Shown in pieces: positions 51,104 to 64,000 of a stretch of DNA of 64,000 bases. The DNA comes from Neodothiora populina. Lineage: Eukaryota. Position 1 is the stretch's first letter; the number at the start of each line of letters is the position of its first letter. A program made the translations under genes and the position numbers. Where the stretch lies: assembly GCF_041146345.1 (NCBI RefSeq), contig NW_027191404.1:248001-312000 (forward strand). The letters are read 5' to 3'. The notes beneath the pieces were generated by a model. That model saw only the letters and a list, made by a program, of their open reading frames with translations. It had not been told where the DNA came from and searched no databases.

Positions 51104-52826
51104 ATGTCAGGGAAGAGACCAATGTCACAGCATAGGCCATCGATCTCACAGGTACAGCAACCCAATATAGGCGCACCCTCACCACTAAGGATGCAACAAC
51201 TCCCGACCCCACCGAGTGCAGATCAGCGAATGCTTTCGAATAATACTGGAATCGCTATTGACAGACCAAATGAGGTTCAGACACCCTCCGGAACACAAAA
51301 TATCATGACGGCACCTACGCCCCCAGTCCCTGCTATGCCTACAGCAGACTCCTTACCTCCAAGACCTCCTGCGATCACACGTCTGTCTACCGACCAAGTG
51401 CCTTCATCGCCGTCACCTGTTCGGCGAATGGGCACGGGAGGAAATGAAATGACTTATTGGACCCCTCCAGCACCTCGTTATCAACCCTCGTACCAAGACA
51501 TGAATTACAGTGAGGCTCCTCATGCGATACCAACGACAGAGCATGTTTACGATGAACACTCGCAAATGATGTCAGGCGGCGTGCCTCAGAATCAGCCGTA
51601 TCAGCGGTGGCCAACTCATAAGCAGTCTTCCTCGATGCGCGGTCTTCGCTTTGACCCGAAGAGGAATTCATACCGTTTCGACGCGCTTTCGGACATCGAC
51701 AGCGTCAATGGGTCACCTTCGCGATCTGCTGTCCCACGTATGCGAGCACAAGGAGGAGGTGGAGGCGATTCGGTCCCACCAGATGAAATCCTGAGACTAC
51801 CTTTGACTTGGTGGATGAACTCGAGTGCGAAGAACCGTGAGTGCACATTGCTTGGCCCATGAGATCGGTGATATTATTGAAACAATGAGGGACGAAGGCT
51901 GACTTTACCGACTATGCGCATAGATTTCGTGGCCTTGCTTGGTGAATTCATTGGCACTACTATGTTTCTGTTCTTCGCCTTCGCTGGAACGCAAGTTGCT
52001 AACATTGATCAAAATGGATCTACTGCTACGAATAATGGATACAGTCCCATTGTACTTTTGTACATTTCTTCGGCTTTTGGTTTCTCACTAATGGTAAATG
52101 TTTGGATCTTCTTTCGAATCTCCGGAGGTATCTTTCATCTCATCCATCAATCGTGAAGTATTGTAATGTATGCTGACGTTATTGCCGCAAAGGTCTGTTC
52201 AATCCAGCAGTGACCCTAGGTATGTATCTGGTCCGCAGCATATCCATGTTCCGCGCGCTATTGCTCTTGATCGCACAGCTGTGTGGCTCCATGCTTGCAA
52301 CAGTATTACTACGCGCCCTGTTTCCGACCTCGCTCTCCGTGCGCACGACTCTCTCAGAAGACACCTCACTGGCGCGAGGCGTGTTTATCGAAGCAGTGCT
52401 TACTGCTGAACTTGTCTTTACAATCTTCATGCTAGCGAAGGAAAAACACAAGGCGACGTTCATGGCACCAATCGGAATAGGGTTCTCGTTATTCATCTCT
52501 GAGCTCGTCGGTGTCTACTACACTGGCGGATCCCTGAACCCAGCTCGGAGTTTTGGACCTTGCCTCGTCACTGGAGTTTGGGACAAAGAACATTGGATCT
52601 ACTGTGAGTTGTCTATGATATTTTCTACCAAAAGATACCGGCTGAGACTGACTTGCCGCACACAGGGTTGGGACCAGCAATGGGTGCTATATTGGCGGTT
52701 TGTTTCTACAAGCTGATCAAGATACTGGAGTACGAAGTGGCAAATCCTGGTCAAGATGCTAAGAACGAAGAGGAAACTACGCGTCCTGCTTTGCCTCGGC
52801 ACCGAAAGACGTCTTCTGAGGCCTGA
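51104..52826 (+). CDS. Aquaporin (MIP family, orthodox water-channel type), ~502 aa to the first stop
   Basis: HFVALLGEFIGT, GGLFNPAV, GGSLNPARSFGP, HWIYWLGP, YEVANPGQD; introns 51837-51923, 52128-52192 and 52604-52665; ~245-aa Pro-rich N-terminus. Confidence 0.95.
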
Positions 52827-53519
52827 CTAGCCGATAGTAATCGTGACAGCTTTATCAAGACCAGTCTGGAGAGGTGAGTGAGCTGCGCGACTTGACTCTT
52901 TGCATCGATTCAAAGACTCCCGAGGAGTTTTGTCGAAGCACTGGCAATAAAAGCATCAACTGATCGCAGACGTAACAGAGATTCAACATTCGAAGGCCAA
53001 GACGACCCCTCCTACGAATCGCTGAAAGCCACACAGCAACGACAACAACAACAATCCCAGGATTTACAAGCCCACCCGAACCTCACTGCCCAGAACCAGG
53101 CCCAGAACCGCAGATCCTGGACCCCGTCCATCCGCGACTACCAACCATCGCTGACTCATCTCCCTGTACGGAACCGCTCGACCTCGGCATCAATATCGCG
53201 GCCAACGGCAACTTCATGCCCTCCATACCGTCGCAGCCGCAATAGCGGCAGCACCGTGCAAACCCAGACCTGGAGCGCGACATGGAACACGATGAAACAA
53301 AGAATACTAGACAAAGCATGGGGCGCAGCCGAAGAAAAAGAAAAAGAGAAGGCGCGCCGCCGAGCTGCGGCAGCAATGAAGGAGAGGGCAAGTATTGAAG
53401 AAGAGGGTAGGAATGGTCCTCATGTCAATGCTCACATTTTGGAGGAAGGTGAGGGCTTTATTGGAAGTGGAGGTGGAGCAGAGGGGACCTCACGAAGGGC
53501 AGAGGACGGAGTGATATGA
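52824..53519 (+). CDS. Putative readthrough C-terminal extension of the aquaporin (two exons, intron 52874-52978)
   Basis: TGA-CTAG stop context, then a stop-free frame across a GTGAGT..CTGAT..CAG intron to TGA 53517-53519. Confidence 0.6.
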
Positions 53520-54539
53520 GTGAATGGACAGGAAAGTTGCCTGGGCACGGACATGATTGAGCATGAGATATTGCGAGAAAAACGAACGAAAAGAAAGACA
53601 AGAGTGATGATTGACTGACCACGTATGACTTCGCGACCGGCTGGACGTTGTCACGGTTTATGAAGGACAAGGGACCCAAATGAGCTTTGGATCACGAAAG
53701 TACGAACGCTGAGATGGGCTGGTACCATCTCATTGCATGTGTCTAGGACAGGAATGGATAGAGTGTCACGAGTGCACGCTGCTAGATCAGCGCCTCTGTT
53801 GGGACGTGATAAAAAGAAAAAGGAACATGGCGGGGCATGGATGGCATAAATTCGGTGATGTACAATATAAGATCTCAAGAGTTCAGGTAGTTAGGATGTT
53901 ATGTACGTATATATGTAGGCATGAATTTTCAAAATTGGATATACGAGGCTGCAGTACAGTAATTCGATAGTGCTACTATCGCTATCATTATGAGGCTTCG
54001 AATGAGGTACATCACTAACTTCGTCCGGAATGTCCCAGCTGTGGAGATATTCCCAGAGACTTCAACATGCCCACATCTCCTCATCGCTGGATCAGGTCAT
54101 CCACAAGTCAATCTGTGCTGTTGCAGTCAGATTTGCTCTTCGGTCTGTTGTAGCCCATGTCTAGTAACACTGGCGTACATAATAAGGACTGTGAGGTTCT
54201 ACTATAACATAAATGAGGATGGTATGGTATAGACGTATGAAGAAAGTGGAGTTCATGAGGCATCTGTAACGCTATGAACGACTATGCAGGAATGACTCAA
54301 CTCGAGGAGGAGCGATGGTATGACTCTTACTGTGCAAGATAAGGGAGGAAGAGAGAGCAACATCCACGACAGCCTCACCTCTGACTGAACAAAGATTGAA
54401 CAAAGATCAAACGAAAATAAATACCCACCTCCATCATAGACAGCACGACTCGTCCCCTTCAACCTCCCATTTCCCATTCTCCATCTCCCAAGAAAAAACA
54501 AAAACCCCTCCCCTGAACAGTACCAGAAAAACACAGGCA

Positions 54540-55265
54540 AAGAAAAAAAAGACCACGCCCTTCCACCTCCCCACCCCGCGCCTGTACATAAGCCACCTCG
54601 ACGCCAATAACGCGTCACACTGCACCTTCCTAGTAACGCTCTACAACACGCCGCAGTTCATCGCCTCAACAGGCGGAAAGCCCACCTCCATCACGACCCC
54701 AGAAGCAGCACACGACCTGCTCGCAGGGCGCTTCCGCGCCGAACACGCCAGGAACGGGTACGGGACATATCTCATCAGCCTCAAGACGCCTCGCGCAGCA
54801 GAGACGCAGAGCGGCGAAGAAGACGGGGATAGAGAGGGATTGTTAGCACGCAGCACGCCGATAGGTACAGTCTCGCTCATGCGCGGCGAGGCGCCGAATG
54901 CGTACTCTGTGCCTGATTTGGGGTTTGCGATCTTGCCGCAGTATACGCGGAAGGGATTCGCTAAGGAGGCGTGTGTGCACTTGCTTGCGTATGCGCGAGA
55001 GGAGCTGGGTGTGGGCGCTGTGCTGGGGCTGTTTGATCCCGCGAGTGAGGCGTCCAGGGGCGTGTTTCGGAGCTTGGGGTTTGAGGATCGAGGGGTTAGG
55101 GAGTTGAGGGTCTTTGGGGGCGTGATGGGGGGGGGGGGGGGAGGGGGGTTTGGGTTAGTCCCGGGGCGGGGGAGTTGGAGGGGTCTGGGTTTTGAGGGGG
55201 GTTGGGTTGGATTGTGGGAAGGGAGGTCCGAGGGAAGGGGAGGATTGATTTGTAGGTGTCAGTAG
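54540..55265 (+). CDS. GNAT N-acetyltransferase (RimJ/RimL-like); both termini uncertain
   Basis: FHLPTPRLYISHL, IGTVSL, PDLGFAILPQYTRKGFAKEA, ASRGVFRSLGF; no in-frame ATG visible upstream; G-run at ~55127-55141 disturbs the C-terminus. Confidence 0.8.
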   Translation, partial: KKKKTTPFHLPTPRLYISHLDANNASHCTFLVTLYNTPQFIASTGGKPTSITTPEAAHDLLAGRFRAEHARNGYGTYLISLKTPRAAETQSGEEDGDREGLLARSTPIGTVSLMRGEAPNAYSVPDLGFAILPQYTRKGFAKEACVHLLAYAREELGVGAVLGLFDPASEASRGVFRSLGFEDRGVRELRVFGGVMGGGGGGGFGLVPGRGSWRGLGFEGGWVGLWEGRSEGRGGLICRCQ

Positions 55266-55657
55266 GGGAAGGGTAACGATGACCATGGTTTGGAGTGCCA
55301 GGTATATAGACGACGTTGTATCCTTGCTTTCGTTGTTAGACACAGTATATTGGAAGTGACAAGGAATGCAGATGATAAGTGAGCAAGAGTAGGAGAAGGT
55401 GAGAAGAGAGGAACAGGCAAAGAATACGATGAGATTTGATTCATGCTTTTTTTTCGTCTGCTTTCTTAGGCTTTTCGGGATGAAAATAAAACCTCGAGAT
55501 CCTGGTATCTACCGATATAAACCTACCAGAACCATGATCCCGCCACGCTTGCCATGAATGTCCGTTGTTACGCCATTGGCCATAAGGATGCCTCTAAGCC
55601 CGTAAAACACTCCGTATCTCGACTCCGGACAAAAGAAGAGTCTAAGAAACAACAGCC

Positions 55658-58600
55658 TTAGTGTTCGAACATGGTGTCCTTTTCCACCTCCTCACTTCTC
55701 CTCTCGGGCTCCTTGCCTCTGGCCTTTTCGCTCTTCTGCTGTTGCTGGCCGTCCTCGCCTTTGCCATGCCCATCCAGATCGGCTCTCTGGACCTCGATCT
55801 TCGACTGTCCGACGCCTGCATCCGCTTCTGCACCCTCGAGTAAGTCGCCGCCGGCGTCGTGCTCTTCTTCGTCTTCGTCGTCGTCGTCTCCTGTGCCGCG
55901 AGTAACGGCGCCCTTGTCGAGCTCTTTCTGCGCTTCGTCCATTCGTCGTCGGACTTCTGCCGCCACTCGCATGCCGTCTGTCACGATGTTGTCTAGCATG
56001 CCTCTCAGTCCCTTGCCTGGGCCTACAACGCCTGCTCCAGGACCGCCGACTCCAGGTGCGAGTGTAGAGCTTCGGGAACGGCCTCCGTTGCTGCTCGAGA
56101 CAAGGTTCGCGACACCTGCTACGGTACTGAGATTCGACATGCTGGTAACAGTCGTCGAAGGCAGAGGTGCGTCTGCGAGATGGAAGGAGTTGGGGAAGCC
56201 AGAGTCGAAAAAGGACTCGAGAACTTCATCGGCCAGGACGAGCATACGGAATGTCGGCAGAGTAATGTGAAGAGGGTGGTTAGGGTCGAGTGCGAGGTTG
56301 GCTTTGACTGCATTGGGATTGGTCTTTGTTTGACCAAACGATAGGTCCTTCTCATCGCCAGGTGTCGTCTTCTCCGTTGCCTCCGGTTCTTGCGTAGCAG
56401 CGGTAGTCGCAGCCTTGGAGTTGTCGTCGTCGTCATCTACGAGGTCGAGCAGGTCCGCATCATCCCCGTCGTCATCTCCTATGCTGAAAGAGTTCATAGC
56501 GCCGTTCAGTTCTGTCTCTGTCTTTTCGTCGGCAGGGGTTTGGTCGGGATCCGCATACTCAAAGCAACGACGGATAAAAGCGGATATACTGCTGAGGAAC
56601 TGCTCATCTTTGGTCTCCTTCCTCACAGGTTGACCGTCAGGACCCATCTCAGCGAGGTTAGTCGACGACGAAGTGGTCGATAGTCCATCAGTAACGCCTC
56701 TTCGCGATAAGAAAAGCAGCGCTTCCGAGATGCGCAATATCCCTTCGCGGTCGACTTTGCCATCTTTGTCATCGTCGTAGAGCTCAAAGAAGTAGCTGAT
56801 GTTGCTCATGATGTCTCGAGGGCCCTTGATCTTGGCAAAGCCGGCCACGACATCGTGAAGTGAAAGCGCGCCGCTTTCCTCAGAATCCCACGACCTGAAA
56901 AGACGTTGCATGAACTCATGGTCGGTCGGCTCTGGTCCAGCGCCCCATGGAGATAAGACAACGCTACGGGATCGGGATATGCTGCCAAAGTAGCCATTGT
57001 TCTGTGGTTGCGACTGATCTCTGGCTGGTGAGCTTGGTGAGTCCGTGATGGCCCATTTCGCAATTCCTGTAGTGAATTAGCGCTTCAATCAAACCAAAAC
57101 AACGACGAAAACAAACCTGCAAGGAACTCCCTGAAGCAGTCGTAGTCCATCTGTGTAGGACTTGGTCCGAGGCCTACTCTTCCCTTCTCTGGGCCCTGAT
57201 TGACAGCGCCGGGGGAGAGCTCGGCTGCCCTCGCTCTCGAAGCTCTCCTCTTACGGTCTTGCTCCTGCTGGATCATCTGCATACGATTCTCGCGCTCGTA
57301 GAGTACTCCGTAGAACCTGTCGTAAAGCAGACCGAGGTCGTTCGCACTGAGCTTCTTGCTTTCAGGGCCAAGGTTTCGGATAGAGGTGCGCTTAGCGAAT
57401 GACTCAATGTTGTTCAGCACGGCGTCCTTGTGCTTCGCGCGTAAATCGGAGATGGTACTCTGTGTGATGCCAGAGAACTCCTTGAAAGCCACGACCATAA
57501 GTGCCTGAAAGTTAGTGACAGCACGAAGTTTGGGATTTTCCGATTTGGGGTGTGCCGAGTCGCCTAGGCGAGTGAAGTAGGATTTGAGAACAGAGATGAA
57601 GGTGCCATCATCGGCGGCGTCTAGCAATTCCTCGCCATTGATGCGCAGAATGGCCAGACCGACTTGGAATAGGACTTTCGGTCCCTCCAGGAAGAAGACA
57701 TCCAGCACGCGGAAAGCGTAGATGAGCGGCATGGAATTGATGTATAGTGAAAGAAACCATGGCAGGGAGACGACAGATAGTTGGACATCAGATTTTGCCA
57801 GGTGTTCGGACAGGATGGGAAGTGTTCGCTCGACAAGAGACTCGAAGACGCGCTGATCCAGCAGCGTGCCGTACATGGTAGTCGAATAGTAACCGGGTAG
57901 AAGTTGATCGCAAAGGACAGAGAGAATGTAGAAAGCTTGGGTTTCAGACAGGTAGCTACAGCACAAGAAAAGTTAGCGTTATTATCGACAATGGAGAGAA
58001 CTGTCGCGAGCATACATCAGCAGAGCGGCCACGACAATGTTCATGGCCTGGCAGTAGCCGACATCCGTATTCGTCCAGCTGTATGCTGTGAGTACCCTTC
58101 GTAATCGACCGATGCCATCATCACTCTGGAAACCCGGATATTCGGGCAAGCTGCGGTTGAGATCCTTTTCGATCTCGTCTATTGCTAGCGATTGCTTTCC
58201 GTCGTGTTTCGCAAGCGTCTCTTGGTACAATTTTGGTTGTTGCAGCCGCAGATAGAAAGATCCAGAGGTCAACTCCCACACCTCTCCTCTCAAGCGGTTC
58301 GGTAGACCGATGCGGACCAATCGAGGTAGATCGGGCTGTCGTACTAAAGTCACGTTCCTTCCATTTTCTGTCGTGCAGTGTCAGCCGGGTATGCAGCTCA
58401 CAAAACAGGCGATACTTTGCACTGACCTCGCAAATACTCGTACCAAAGCCTCATTTTGCCTTTGTCTCGTAGCTTCCTGGGATCGCCAGGATATCTGAAA
58501 ATACTGCCCAGACCAGAGTCTGGTGGTTTTTGAGCGTCTTCGCATTCTGCCTCTCCAGCATCGATGAGCTTTTCGGGTTTCTTCTCGTCCACTTCTCCTT

Positions 58601-59357
58601 CCTTTTCTTTCCTGGCTTTTTCTCTCCGCTTGGCCTCGGAAGCAAGCATAAATTCAGAGTAACAGCCACCAATGACCGCCCTCATGGCCTCGACCTCCCT
58701 CATGCCCTCTCGTAATCCTCTTTTCAAGCCATCGCAAAAGCGCTCACACTGCGCTCTGCTTCCAGCAAGTTGTATGATCAGCTTCGGGGCAGCAGGCGCC
58801 GTCTTGCCGCCGTGGCTCTGGAGCGACTTTGGATTCTTCTCGTCTGGTGCAGGGTAGCCGTTCCAGGTGGTGATTGCGAGGGCGAACATGTAGCTCTGGC
58901 TGTGTAGCCTCTCCACTCTCCTGACGGCACAAAGGGGCAGGGTGAAGCCATTGCCCGCGGGTCCAGCACCGTTGGTCTGGCCGGTGAAAGCGGTGCTCGA
59001 GGACGTCGAGGCGGTGCTGACGAAAGAGCTGTTGGTCGTGCTGAAGCAGAGAAACTGCTCGGACAAGTGCAGACGGCCTACGTAATGGTTGCCGCGATCA
59101 CGATCCCAGTTGTTCTTGTCCCACGACGGCCGTCCACCCTGGGCTTTGCTCGGTGATCTGCTGTCGAAACTGGTCTTTGCGGGCAGTGTGAGCTCTGCGG
59201 TGATCTCGTGTAGAGGATTCTGACTGTCCGGAAGGCGGAACTGCTGTCTAAAGAGCGATGCCTTGGATGGTTTGCGGTCGGAGGAGGTCGGGAGGGGCAG
59301 GTGAGGATCGATCAGAGAGTGGGCCTTTTGAACCAGATTCGTGAAATTGCTAAACAT
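55658..59357 (-). CDS. GYP2: Rab GTPase-activating protein Gyp2/Mdr1-like (GRAM + TBC + EF-hand)
   Basis: FRQQFRLP GRAM region; GLPNRLRGEVW, IEKDLNRS, GYCQAMN (TBC Arg/Gln fingers); YDDDKDGKVDRE EF-hand; introns 58368-58426, 57956-58015 and 57067-57116. Confidence 0.92.
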
Positions 59358-60217
59358 GATGGCAATTGCTTTCTTCTTTCGATTTTTCTTCTTTCCAGGA
59401 TGCCTCAATGGTCCAGAATGGATAAATCAAGTATGGCCCTTGAGTAGAAGCTCCCTGTACCTTTGATGAATGGAGCTACTACTATTACTGTATCTGAAGA
59501 AATACAATGGCTCGTTGGAGGGGGAAATCGTCTATATATTGTTCGTCATGTCGCGTACAGCCATCTGATCATCGCAGAATCATGCATGTGAGGGTTTCTG
59601 CCTCTCTAGTTTGATGGAATCGAGACAGCAATAGGGCGATGATGCACTATCGAGGGGTTGAGATTCATATCCTCCACCCTCCTGTCCGAGTCCCACACTC
59701 CCATGTCTGGCTGCACCTGGCTGCTTCTGACGTTGATTCTCCGGCTCTTTCCGCCCTGTCGATCACCTCCAACGGTGCAAAGGAGGAGATAAACTCCATC
59801 TTTCTCGTGCCAATACTCATCTACTGTTGCAATCGCAGAGCATACCGGGATAATATGTCAAGACAGGTGACATTGGCTCGGGAGATAATAGAGATGGCGA
59901 AACGTGATTGTTGCTGTTGCCGCTCCGTCAGCTCAAGGCGCAAAGCCCGCCGCGGCTTCTGCATGTTCAAGCATTACAATAACCAAAGCATCATAAAGGT
60001 ATGTCGGAATAACAAAGCTGCTAAAGTACAGGCAAGTCCGAAGGCTGCGCCCATCCGTTTGTATCACATAACCGTATCATCGAACCTTACTCAACCAAGT
60101 ATCCAACCATGGCTTTGTCCTGCACCTTGGTGTGGTCATGACTGGTCACCCCTCTTCTACACGAACTCCTTCCCTGATGATCCCCTTCTCCATCTCACTC
60201 GGCCAGCTATATGTCGC

Positions 60218-60778
60218 CTAGACATGGCTCGGTGCTCGTCCGGTGTGCAGAGTCCTGCCGTTCCGGCTGCGCCACCAGATCACGAGCCCACTGAGTAGAG
60301 TGACGAACCACAGCAGCATGTTGACCAGATCAACCCATACTGCGTTCTTCATGCGTCGCTGCCCATGTTGCTCGGGCGTCGGGTGAGCAGGGATATACAT
60401 GCTGCCGAAGAGGCCGAAGAGGGCTGTCCAAAGGACACTGTTGGAGCAAGTCTCGTCAGCGCAGAACGGCCAGATCGTATCCTACACTCATACTTACAAG
60501 AGTATGAAGTCTCCGACCACAAACCACCTCCAGTGGATAATATAGACAAATACCCAGACTGCGCTCAATCCAGCCACGACCTCGGCGAACACCCATTTGC
60601 CATCTGTGTATGCATGCGCCTTGGTCGCCGCATGCAAATCGACACCATAGAGACCGGCGACTGTAATCGCCAGCACAAATTGGAAGAATCGAAGGATCAG
60701 GCGTAGAAAGCTGTGCCAGCTATGCGGGTACGTTGATCCGTCATTCTGGATGTTGGCAGGAGTGGGTATCGCAAACAT
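60218..60778 (-). CDS. MARVEL-domain four-TM membrane protein
   Basis: LRFFQFVLAITVAGLYG, WVFAEVVAGLS, DFILFVLW, MKNAVWVDLVNMLLWF; intron 60438-60497. Confidence 0.85.
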
Positions 60779-62487
60779 GATGTCGTTATGATTTTAGAAA
60801 AACACGATGGGTGAAAGCGGCCCTTGTATGTTTCTTCGGTACAATCTTTTCGATAATCTTATTGTAGGTAGACTGATCGCTTGGTCAGAAAGAAAAACGT
60901 TGATTCAATAGCTGCGTTCCAGTCGCGCTAAGAGCAGTGCTCGAATACAGAATGAACTTTTAGTGTATGTATCTCTAACTGCGCGAGAAATACTTGTTGA
61001 GCAGAGACTTTTCGAGTGATAAAAACCAAGAAAAAGAGGACAGTGAACAACGACAGCACAGCAGGACATGCAAGCCATAGATATACTAAACTGATTGACC
61101 TTGTGACAGCAACCTGTCCACCTTCCACAAGGAAAACAAAACGGGCGCCCAGAAATACAGTTGCACGAAAGCGAGCATGTCTGCATGCAGCCACAGTAAA
61201 GTTTACCGCTACCCACGCGCCTACCCTGAGGCTCGAAAACGAAAGGGAAGCAAACAAAGAAAGAAACCAAAACAGACAGACAGACAGACGACTCACATTT
61301 TCCCTTGTCTCTGTTGCAAGCCCGTGTCTCGAGATATATAGAACAGCGATCCAGCGAGCGCTTAGCAGCAAGAACCGAACCCTCCAAGCGGCTATTTCGA
61401 TACACGGTGCGTGAAGATGATGAAACCGACTCGAAGTGTTTTGCCTGCACACGTCGGCGACTAAGATAAGGTAAGGTGAGGCAAGTTATGCTATGCGACA
61501 ATACAATTCATATATGTCTGTCCCTCCACTTCCACAAGGCCTAGAACATGGATACCTACAAACACACACCTACATCATTCACATCCCTCGGCCCCAGGCC
61601 CAAACCAAGGCAGAAAAGAAAAACCCCCTCGCCCCATGAAACGACGGAAACGACCAAGAACACCCACCTGACGAAAGGCGGCGCGTGATTAGGTCCAAGA
61701 TACCGCAGATCACTCCAGCGGTCTGTCCACCAGCAATCTTACCTTATCTCGTACATCCAGCCAGCAAGGAAAGGGTAAAGTAAAGTAACATACTGTACAT
61801 TAAAGCAAGGTAAACAATAATGACCTACCACTGTACCTGTCGCTAGGGGTCCGCGAACCTTGTTTTTCTTCTCTCGCACGCGCACAAGGGAGAGGTAGCG
61901 AGGGATTTCGTCAGTGGCTGGCGGGCCGGTCCCTTCTTTCTTACTGCTGGCGTCGCGGTAGAGGGAAACAAAAACCAAGGGTCAGGGTCGGGGGTGTCTT
62001 TTTGTGGGCGTGGGGTAAATTGAGGCTCTCGGTCTTGTAATTTTTATTCTGTCTTTATTGTCTCGAACAGAGTTGCTCTGACGCGCTGGTGACTTAGGTA
62101 GAGCTGTATGCCATGTCAAGGATAACGAGAGCTTACTGCGGTAAGATGATATCTGTAACTAGTACATCTGCGCAGGCTTCGTCATGAGCACCGGCTCCAG
62201 TCCTGGGCTGGGCAGGTACACTTCGAAATTTGTGGTTCGGGACGACATTTAGGCGGTCCAGTACAAATCGTGGAGATCAGATCCTACTTATCTTTACATG
62301 GTAACACGGAGCAGGTGAATGGTGTAGTTGGGCTTCAATCCCTACTGGTGAACCTTTCTTCAGCCCATACCATTCGTAGACCAAGGTATACACTACATAC
62401 AGAGCATGTCACTTTTCAACTTGTGATGTCTTCCTTATCATTATACACGTACTTCTGTAACTGCGCACGAACACTCAGAGCTGCTCG

Positions 62488-63971
62488 TCACTCTCTCTTG
62501 CGACCGCTCCTCGTTGTTTTCTTGAGTGGTTCAGCGGCCTTCTTGAGAGTTTCAGAGACCTTGCGCTGGCTACTCGCAGTTGGGGCAGCAAATCCTCCTC
62601 TCGCGTGCTTCACAGGCTTTTCTGCTACAGCTTCCGCAGCCGCAGCGGCTTTACGCTTACTCGATATTGGCTGATTGTGAGTCTGTTGATGTGCATCTAG
62701 ATTTCTCCCGTTCTTGTCATCCGAGTCTTGAGTAGTGGACTTTTCAGAACGTAGTTTAGCAGGCGGCGACGTATCGAGTTCGCCGCCAGCGGCAGGTTTC
62801 GCATTGTCGTCCTCGAGCTTCGCGCGTTTGCTGATAGATTGCGATGCTTCTTCTGAAGACTCCTCGTCTCCATCTGCTGTACTTCCTCTAATCTCGTGGG
62901 AAAGCATGGATCCTGTCTTCTTCCGTTTCCTTCCGGACTTCACTGTTGCCGGTTCTGCGACTTCCGAGACCTTTGCATGCGTTTGTGACGTAGGCTCAGA
63001 ATCCACAGTCGTGGAGGCATCATGCGCCTGTTCGTGGACTTCCAGATCTTCTGTCAAGTTTACCCCCTTCTGAGCCAGCCACTCTGTCATTGAAGGATCT
63101 CCGTCGCCGTCTGACACCTGGCCAAGCAAGGTGGAGGTAAGACTCTCTAACAGCTCCTCGCTAGGACCTCCGGCCCCTGACATCATCTGCATTATCGACT
63201 CCATGAATGCCCCTTGACTCGCGCCCCCTATGCCGCTTTCCGCCAGCTTCGCGGCTAAAAAGTCTTTCAGCAGGTCTGGAGGTAGATCACCGTCCGCAGC
63301 GGCTTCAATAGCTCCCTCCTCGTCGTCTTCCCAGTCGTCGTCAACATGCTGGTCATCGTCGCTGCTCGTTGTCGCATCACCATCAACAGACAGTGACAAA
63401 GCCGGCACCGTGAAGAATCCGCATGCATCTCTTAAGCGCTCCCTCCAGTCGGGTAGCAGAGCATATGAAGGAAGTGACTTGCTCGTCACAGGCCGGTCTT
63501 GCTCGATTTCGAAGTCGCGCGCATCTTTCGTCGATATCCAAAGGACTGGAGGAGCTCCTAGACTCTCGACCTTCCTCCGCTTGCCAAGTTTCGTACCGCC
63601 CTTGGTATCCTCTCTCTTTCGCTTGACACTCGCGTTCTGGATAGCGTCATCCAACACCACTTCTTGGTCGAAATAATCATCGTTGCCGTATTCGATGTCC
63701 TCAAAGTATTCGTATTTGTCGTAATCCCCCCAGAAATCGTCTAGAACCTCGTCAGGCCAAGCTGGCTGTGGCAACGCGTTACTGGCAAGTTCGTCCTGAT
63801 GATGTCTCGTCAGCATGAATGTGGATAGCTCATCGACGAGCGACAAAGGTCAGCTTGAATTGAAAGGAGAAGCTGCAAACTCACCGCGAGAGCCCAGCTC
63901 TCTTCCGCATATATGTAGTCCGGGTCTTCGTACATGAAATCATCATCGTCATAATCCCAGTCGTCGCCCAT
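62488..63971 (-). CDS. Conserved-looking acidic/basic hypothetical nuclear protein (~465 aa)
   Basis: Exon 1 MGDDWDYDDDDFMYEDPDYIYAEESWALA joined by intron 63796-63884 to DELASNALPQP; YFEDIEYGNDDY and YALLPDWRERL blocks; several NLS-like KRKR motifs. Confidence 0.8.
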
Positions 63972-64000
63972 CTTGCTCGTCGAGAAGAGATGAAAAAAGA

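Noticed and set aside
59639..60298. 219-aa plus-strand ORF
   Set aside because: Spans the GYP2 promoter and MARVEL 3' end in antisense; composition is not protein-like.
60905..61501. Overlapping 132-198 aa ORFs
   Set aside because: Low-complexity upstream/UTR sequence of the MARVEL gene; no consistent coding signal.

Overview
Eukaryotic, intron-containing DNA from a filamentous ascomycete (Pezizomycotina; Dothideomycete-like by impression, not verified). It has short GT-AG introns with CTRAC/CTAAC branch sites and about 20 protein genes: velvet-like protein, Hrr1/SAD-3/ZNFX1-type SF1 helicase, SAGA subunit Spt8, secreted Cys-rich protein, HAD phosphatase, mitochondrial-type SDR polyol dehydrogenase, GPI-type CE1 esterase, Fic-domain protein, M20 amidohydrolase, a large histone-fold-like protein, aquaporin, GNAT, Gyp2/Mdr1 Rab-GAP, MARVEL protein and several orphans. 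There is also one intron-containing tRNA-Lys(CTT). No transposon or CRISPR array was seen. The most notable signals are two candidate stop-codon readthrough events. (1) The aquaporin stop is TGA-CTAG and is followed by an in-frame, intron-interrupted 196-codon extension. (2) The HAD phosphatase stop TGA-CTC is followed by a short extension ending in the peroxisomal signal SRL. Four genes are broken by frameshifts at homopolymer runs, probably assembly errors. All exon structures were derived by hand; none is confirmed by transcripts or database searches.
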